Assembly (NCBI GenBank): GCA_045534975.1
Contig: JAZSKV010000054.1
Span: forward strand, 2,200 to 66,199
DNA: 64,000 nucleotides
Source: Ructibacterium sp.
GTDB lineage: Bacteria > Bacillota > Clostridia > Monoglobales > Monoglobaceae
Reading direction: 5' to 3'
The notes under the pieces were generated by a model. It was given only the letters and a program-made list of their open reading frames with translations. It was not told the DNA's origin and ran no database searches. Positions 58,939-64,000 of this stretch are shown here, in pieces. Made by a program: the position numbers and the translations under genes. How positions within the stretch are numbered: position 1 is the stretch's first letter; each line of letters begins with the position of its first letter.

Positions 58939-59175
58939 TCATTCACCCATTCCTGCAAAAGGCTGTTCCTCCAACTGACCGCTTTCCCGGTTCTTCATCA
59001 AAATCGAAATTTTCTGTTCTGCGGCATTTAACGCCTCGGTGCATTCTTTGGTCAAATGAATTCCTTTTTCAAAAAGAGCAATCATTTCATCCAAAGATAC
59101 ATCATTTCCCTCTAAGGCTTTCACTACGCCTTCCAGTTCTTTTAAATTGCCTTCAAAGTTCTGTTTATCCGCCAT
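58939..59175 (-). CDS. xseB: Exodeoxyribonuclease VII small subunit
   Basis: FEGNLKELEGVV..LDEMIALFEKG..LNAAEQKI. Confidence 0.92.
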   Translation of the reverse strand: MADKQNFEGNLKELEGVVKALEGNDVSLDEMIALFEKGIHLTKECTEALNAAEQKISILMKNRESGQLEEQPFAGMGE

Positions 59176-59180
59176 TTTGG

Positions 59181-60392
59181 TTACCCCTCTTTCACCGCTT
59201 GGTTTACCGTAGTCAAAATTTGACCATCCTCCACCTGTACCGTCATGGTTTCACCGGTTTTCACCTGCTCCACCGAGCGAATTACCTTGCCGTCCTCGCC
59301 TTTGGCTACTGAAAATCCCCGTGCCAAGGTTCCAAGAGGACTGAGTCCGTCTAATTTAGACGTTTCCATACCAAGGCTCTGTTTCTTCTGTTCCAGAATC
59401 CGCAGGGTACCGCCGGTAAAATCCTGATACAAACGGTCTAAATAGATCTGGTTTTCACTGAGTTTCTGCATGGGATTGGAAAGTGCCGGCCGCTCTATCA
59501 GCCGCTGTAATCCCGATCTGGCACGTTCTAAAATCCGGCTGGATTGCTGATAAAGACGATGGTATACATTCTGGAATTTATCCATCAGTTCATTCTGCGC
59601 CGGAACCACCAGTTCTGCTGCCGCCGACGGAGTGGGGGCACGCAGATCCGCCACAAATCCAGCAATGGTAAAGTCAATCTCATGACCCACCGCCGAAACA
59701 ATGGGAATCTCACTTTGATAAATTTCCCGTGCTACAATTTCTTCATTGAATGCCCACAAATCCTCAATCGAGCCACCGCCACGGCCTACGATTAACACAT
59801 CTGCGCCTTTGGTTTCATTGAAATAGCGGATGGCTTCCGCTATGCTTTCTGCGGCATTCTCACCCTGTACCAGTACCGGATAGAGAATCACATCCGCATA
59901 GGAAAACCGCCGACTAAGGACATTAATAATATCCCGAATCGCCGCACCGGTAGGTGCCGTCACCACACCCACCCTTTTAGGGTATTTGGGCAAAGGTTTT
60001 TTGTGGCTTGGGTCAAACAAACCCTCTTGACTTAATTTTTGCTTTAATTCTTCAAAGGCAACATATAGGTCACCCACACCCTCCTGCTGCATGTCATCGA
60101 TATACAGTTGGTATTGGCCGTCCCTTTCATAAACGGTAACCCGGCCATGGGCAACGACTTTCATGCCATTCTGGGGTTTGAACCGGAGTTTGGCTGCACT
60201 ACCCCGAAACATCACCGCCCGCATAACACCATTTTCATCTTTTAAGGACATATACATATGTCCGGAAGAATGGGCTTTAAAGTTAGAAATCTCTCCCTTG
60301 ACCAAAACATCTGTCAAAATATCGTCCCGGTTCATAAGTTCTTTGATGTATAAATTCACCTGGGTAACCGATAAGGCTTGTCTTTCCTGCAT
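59181..60392 (-). CDS. xseA: Exodeoxyribonuclease VII large subunit
   Basis: GEISNF..SGHMY, RGGGSIEDLWAFN, VGHEID..D.RAPTPSAAAE; start MQER at 60392. Confidence 0.95.
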   Translation of the reverse strand: MQERQALSVTQVNLYIKELMNRDDILTDVLVKGEISNFKAHSSGHMYMSLKDENGVMRAVMFRGSAAKLRFKPQNGMKVVAHGRVTVYERDGQYQLYIDDMQQEGVGDLYVAFEELKQKLSQEGLFDPSHKKPLPKYPKRVGVVTAPTGAAIRDIINVLSRRFSYADVILYPVLVQGENAAESIAEAIRYFNETKGADVLIVGRGGGSIEDLWAFNEEIVAREIYQSEIPIVSAVGHEIDFTIAGFVADLRAPTPSAAAELVVPAQNELMDKFQNVYHRLYQQSSRILERARSGLQRLIERPALSNPMQKLSENQIYLDRLYQDFTGGTLRILEQKKQSLGMETSKLDGLSPLGTLARGFSVAKGEDGKVIRSVEQVKTGETMTVQVEDGQILTTVNQAVKEG

Positions 60393-60460
60393 ATGTATAT
60401 CACCCTCTTTCTCCATGTTCATATGGAAACAGAGCGGCATCATCTGCTGCCGCCCTGCGA

Positions 60461-60865
60461 TTATACTTTTTGTTCTTCCTTGATGCGACCGAGAATACCG
60501 TTGACGAAATCCACAGATTCTTCTCCGTCAAATTTCTTGACAAGGGCAATCGCCTCATTGATAGCAACTCCTGCGGGAACATCATCAATATAACGCATTT
60601 CGTAGATAGCAAGGCGCATTGCTGTCATACATACAACTGAAATCCGATTCAAAGACCAACCCTTTGCATATTGCTCAATCAAACCGTCAATCTCAGTCAA
60701 ATGATCAATGGCACCCTCTACCGCTGTCCGGATATATCCCCCCTGCTCACCGGCATTGTTTTCCACCAGAAAATCATCTAAGATTTCCTGAATACAATCC
60801 GGCTGAAACCGATATTCAAACAGCAGAATGAAGGCATATTCTCTGGCTTTTCTTCTGTTTATCAT
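60461..60865 (-). CDS. nusB: Transcription antitermination factor NusB
   Basis: RRKARE, AINEAIALVKKF, FVNGILG. Confidence 0.93.
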   Translation of the reverse strand: MINRRKAREYAFILLFEYRFQPDCIQEILDDFLVENNAGEQGGYIRTAVEGAIDHLTEIDGLIEQYAKGWSLNRISVVCMTAMRLAIYEMRYIDDVPAGVAINEAIALVKKFDGEESVDFVNGILGRIKEEQKV

Positions 60866-60871
60866 ACCGGG

Positions 60872-61318
60872 TTATTCCTCCGTGGTTTCTTCCTCTTCGT
60901 TCTCTTCTTCTACATCAGGCAGGTCCTCTGCGGCAACAGCCTCCGGTGCTTCTTTTTCGTTCTCGACTTTCGGAACATTCACACCATCTACTGAGATATT
61001 CACACCAGTAACTGTAAGACCGGTCATGGTTTCCACTTCATTCTTCACCTTTTCCTGGAGTTCCCATGCTACCTCTGGAATCTTGGTGCCATATTCCACA
61101 ATGATAGAAAGGTCTAATACAACCGTCTTTTCGTTCAGGGTCAGTTTGACGCCTTTGGAAAGGTTTTTCTTACCCAAAAGTTCTGCAATGACACCGCCGC
61201 CCATACTGGCAACACCCTTGACTTCTGATGCGGCAAGGGATGCAATCACAGAAACTACTTCGTCTGCAATATTCACATTACCATTTGCGTCTATTCCCGG
61301 ATTCATGGTATTTTCCAT
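60872..61318 (-). CDS. Asp23/Gls24 family protein (YqhY-like)
   Basis: IADEVVSVIASLAA..KNLSKGVK..VEYGTKIP; upstream of nusB. Confidence 0.88.
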   Translation of the reverse strand: MENTMNPGIDANGNVNIADEVVSVIASLAASEVKGVASMGGGVIAELLGKKNLSKGVKLTLNEKTVVLDLSIIVEYGTKIPEVAWELQEKVKNEVETMTGLTVTGVNISVDGVNVPKVENEKEAPEAVAAEDLPDVEEENEEEETTEE

Positions 61319-61435
61319 AAGAATTCCTCCTTATCCATCTTAAAAAGCAGAAATTATTTATTCTTTCAAAATAGTATACCATATTTGAAAACAGATTACA
61401 ATGGTTATTTTGCAAACTTTTTGGATTTTCTTTCC

Positions 61436-61957
61436 TTATTCTGCACTAATTTTGATATCCCGGACGGGAACATTGGTTTCTCCGACGATAATGTCTTTCA
61501 TCTGGGCGACCTTAGAGCCGTTCATTTCCCCGCCGGCAACTCGAACCGTAACACCGCTTTCACTGATATGCACAAAACAATCGCTATACCCTTTGGCTTG
61601 AATCAAGGTTTCAATGGTTTTTTCCTTTTCGCTGTACTCCCCGGCTTTTTTCATTTTTTCTTCTGCAGACTTTTTGGCTTCTAAGCCAGCATCACTACTC
61701 TCTACCGTCTTCTTCCATTCTTCCATAGATGCACTTCGACTGCTATCCCGATCCTTTTTTAATTCTGTCAGACTCTTATTCTGGGTTTGTGCCTCCTCGC
61801 CGTTTTCCACAGGCACTGCATCTCCGGTAACCGGTAAGGTATTATACTTCTCGGTTTCTACCGTCCAACGATAGTACCCCGCAGTAATCACCAACGCCAC
61901 CAACCCCAACAATAACACCTGTTTCCCTTTTAAGTTGAACTTTCGTTTCTGACTCAT
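61436..61957 (-). CDS. spoIIIAH: Stage III sporulation protein AH
   Basis: N-terminal TM, IETLIQAKGYSDC, operon position. Confidence 0.85.
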   Translation of the reverse strand: MSQKRKFNLKGKQVLLLGLVALVITAGYYRWTVETEKYNTLPVTGDAVPVENGEEAQTQNKSLTELKKDRDSSRSASMEEWKKTVESSDAGLEAKKSAEEKMKKAGEYSEKEKTIETLIQAKGYSDCFVHISESGVTVRVAGGEMNGSKVAQMKDIIVGETNVPVRDIKISAE

Positions 61958-61968
61958 AAAAATACCTC

Positions 61969-62523
61969 CTAATAACTGATTTGAATCCGATGGGCAGGCA
62001 ACCCGAACAATGACCGGACCGCCTGATAAATTTCATAACGTACCGTTTCATTTTTAGCACCCTCTGCCACCACCAAAACACCTACCGGCTCCGGGAAACG
62101 CTCTTCCACCACATAAGGATTTTCCTGGGTGCTTTTCCCTTGTAATACCACTTTTCGTTCTTCCTCTGCCTCTTTGACCGTTTCGCTTTCTTCCTGGGTT
62201 TTATAAATCCGGTCTGTTGCCAGAATCTTCTCACCTCCGCCCTCAATACTGATGAACACCGAAACCGTACCGGCTCCGTTGATTTTTTGCAAGGTTTCTT
62301 TCAGCCGTTTTTCCAGAGATTGCACATACTCCTCTGCCGAAATGAAGGAGGTTTCAACTCCTGTTTCTCGCGGCTCATCATCGTCACCGGCAAAACTGCT
62401 CATTGCCAAAAAGACAATAGCAGCCACAATCATCCATATTACCACCGGATGAATCCGCTTTTTTATCGTCTCCGCACCTTCCATGTTCGGGAGCCGAATC
62501 AACTGGTTCAGCGCATCTTTCAT
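61969..62523 (-). CDS. spoIIIAG: Stage III sporulation protein AG
   Basis: LQKINGAGTVSV, P.PVGVLVVAEGA, HRI. Confidence 0.88.
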   Translation of the reverse strand: MKDALNQLIRLPNMEGAETIKKRIHPVVIWMIVAAIVFLAMSSFAGDDDEPRETGVETSFISAEEYVQSLEKRLKETLQKINGAGTVSVFISIEGGGEKILATDRIYKTQEESETVKEAEEERKVVLQGKSTQENPYVVEERFPEPVGVLVVAEGAKNETVRYEIYQAVRSLFGLPAHRIQISY

Positions 62524-63038
62524 CCGTTTCTCTCCTTTAAATACCGGACCACAATCTTTTCTTCGGAAATTCCATAGTCCTGCTTTAACACCTTTACAAT
62601 CTCCTCAGTTTGATTGGTTTCCTCCTCATTGCGAAAGAGTACCAACACTTCTTTTACCGTGCCAAACTCCTCCGGGTCTTCTTTCTCCACACTACATCGT
62701 ACCTCCATATCTCCATCTCCCAATCTCCGTTTGATGGAAGATAAAAATTTCTGGTTTAAGTTCTCCTGATAAAGATGAAGTACCGCCTCTTTTTCTTGGG
62801 ATTCCATACTCTCCCGTTCCTCATAGACCCTACTATGGCGCAGAGCCATTTCTTCCTCTTTGGGAATGATATGAAACAGTTGTTGCATGGGTGTCATCAA
62901 GGTCAACACCAATAACATTCCAACAGAAAACCGGATATATTTCTGGAAACTTCCCTCCGGTAAAATCACCTCGCAAACCGACCCGAACACCGCCACGCCG
63001 GAAAGGGACAGTGCCCACTCCCGCAAGAAATCCAGCAT
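62520..63038 (-). CDS. spoIIIAF: Stage III sporulation protein AF
   Basis: ILPEGSFQKYIRFSVGMLLV..P; operon position. Confidence 0.85.
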   Translation of the reverse strand: MLDFLREWALSLSGVAVFGSVCEVILPEGSFQKYIRFSVGMLLVLTLMTPMQQLFHIIPKEEEMALRHSRVYEERESMESQEKEAVLHLYQENLNQKFLSSIKRRLGDGDMEVRCSVEKEDPEEFGTVKEVLVLFRNEEETNQTEEIVKVLKQDYGISEEKIVVRYLKERNG

Positions 63039-63042
63039 TATT

Positions 63043-64000
63043 TCACCTCCCCAGCATCAAAGCGGTGCTCCCTGCATTAATGACAATGGTCAGCACAATC
63101 ACAAACATCACGGTCGTTGCCGCCAGCATGGAAAAAAGCATAGAAATGGAATTGGCAAGTTCCGAAAGGCAGGTGATGATTTTCGATTCCGAAACCGGCT
63201 CCGCCACAGCGGCAGTCAGGCGAAAAATCAAGAGAATCGCCGCCACCTTTAGAATGGGGGCTACGGCAATGACCAAAAGGCAGAGAATCCCCAAAACGCC
63301 CACAGCATTTTTAATCAAAACACTGCAATTCATAACAGTTTCTACCGATTCTGCTAAAATGCCGCCCACCACGGGAATTAAGTTGGCAGCGGCAAACTTG
63401 GTCAGTTTTACCGTAAGTCCGTCAGCCCCGGATGCGGCAATACTCTGGATACCGGAGGTTGCCACAAAGATGGTCAGCATGATAGAAAGCCCCCATTTGA
63501 CACATTGGTTGATAAACTTCACCAACCGTTGTATTTTAAACTTATCCGATATCCCGTTTGCCACATTCATCGCCGTTCCAATCATCACAAGGGGCATAAA
63601 GAGATTCTGGATAACCTGCACGGCAACTTCTACAATGGTGAGTAGGACCGGTTCAAATACCGAGGCAGAAACAATGGCACCACTTGCCACCAGGGTTGTA
63701 ATCACCACTGGTACCACCATCTCCATAAAAAGGGCGATGTTTTCCATGGCTTGGCTGACACAACCTGCCGCATCATAAAAGGCGGTTGTCGATACCCCGG
63801 CGATGACCAGGTAGCAGGTATAATAAGCAGCCTGGGTCACTCCTTTTTCCCCAAATCCGTCTTTTAGCCCCATCAAATAGGAGCAGAGGATTGATGCAGT
63901 AAGCACCAGTGCCATCAACTTACTGCTGGTATAAACCTCTCCCAGGAGTTTCCGCACCAGCATCCGTAGCAATTCCGGAAGAGAAATTTCCAGTTTTCCG
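63043..64000 (-). CDS. spoIIIAE: Stage III sporulation protein AE, partial (5' end beyond the window)
   Basis: IPVVGGILAESVETV..KNAVG..AAVAEPV; frame stays open to the window edge. Confidence 0.88.
   Translation of the reverse strand, partial: GKLEISLPELLRMLVRKLLGEVYTSSKLMALVLTASILCSYLMGLKDGFGEKGVTQAAYYTCYLVIAGVSTTAFYDAAGCVSQAMENIALFMEMVVPVVITTLVASGAIVSASVFEPVLLTIVEVAVQVIQNLFMPLVMIGTAMNVANGISDKFKIQRLVKFINQCVKWGLSIMLTIFVATSGIQSIAASGADGLTVKLTKFAAANLIPVVGGILAESVETVMNCSVLIKNAVGVLGILCLLVIAVAPILKVAAILLIFRLTAAVAEPVSESKIITCLSELANSISMLFSMLAATTVMFVIVLTIVINAGSTALMLGR

Noticed and set aside
62891-63778. 295-aa plus-strand ORF and many other 60-170 aa antisense ORFs in the track
   Set aside because: Shadow frames of well-supported minus-strand genes (here spoIIIAE/AF), with no RBS or motifs.

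Overview
A 64-kb, mostly minus-strand core-genome segment from a spore-forming clostridial Bacillota (spoIIIAE-AH, spoVB, yabP/Q and ylmC are present). Housekeeping blocks: purF-guaA; a complete aroF-tyrA-aroB-aroA-aroC-pheA-aroK-aroQ-aroE operon; mecA, 6S RNA and rsmD-coaD; a split transketolase; cysE-cysS-mrnC; recG-fakA-asp23; lepA-hemW-yabPQ-divIC; perR-reverse rubrerythrin-ferritin; and thrS-ispA-xseBA-nusB-spoIIIA. The best signals are non-coding or too short for the ORF track. (1) Next to a tyrosine recombinase at the left edge, two dif-like 19-bp inverted repeats (845-863 and 1106-1124) bracket a consensus sigma-A promoter that points at a TetR gene, a candidate invertible-promoter phase switch. 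(2) A 45-codon leader peptide with 11 Phe, 5 Tyr and no Trp precedes the aro-phe-tyr operon, together with mutually exclusive terminator and antiterminator helices; this is a ribosome-mediated attenuator where Bacillota usually use T-boxes. (3) A ~75-nt sRNA candidate with C-rich anti-Shine-Dalgarno motifs lies behind four TTCAYA/C hexamers spaced exactly 11 bp apart, beside an M23 peptidase-walR operon. Also noted: an RNase M5-HAD fusion, a GMP synthase lacking its glutaminase domain, an orphan WalR with a perfect WalR box nearby, and a switch-like RNA leader upstream of the recombinase. All calls come from reading the sequence; no database searches or folding programs were run.
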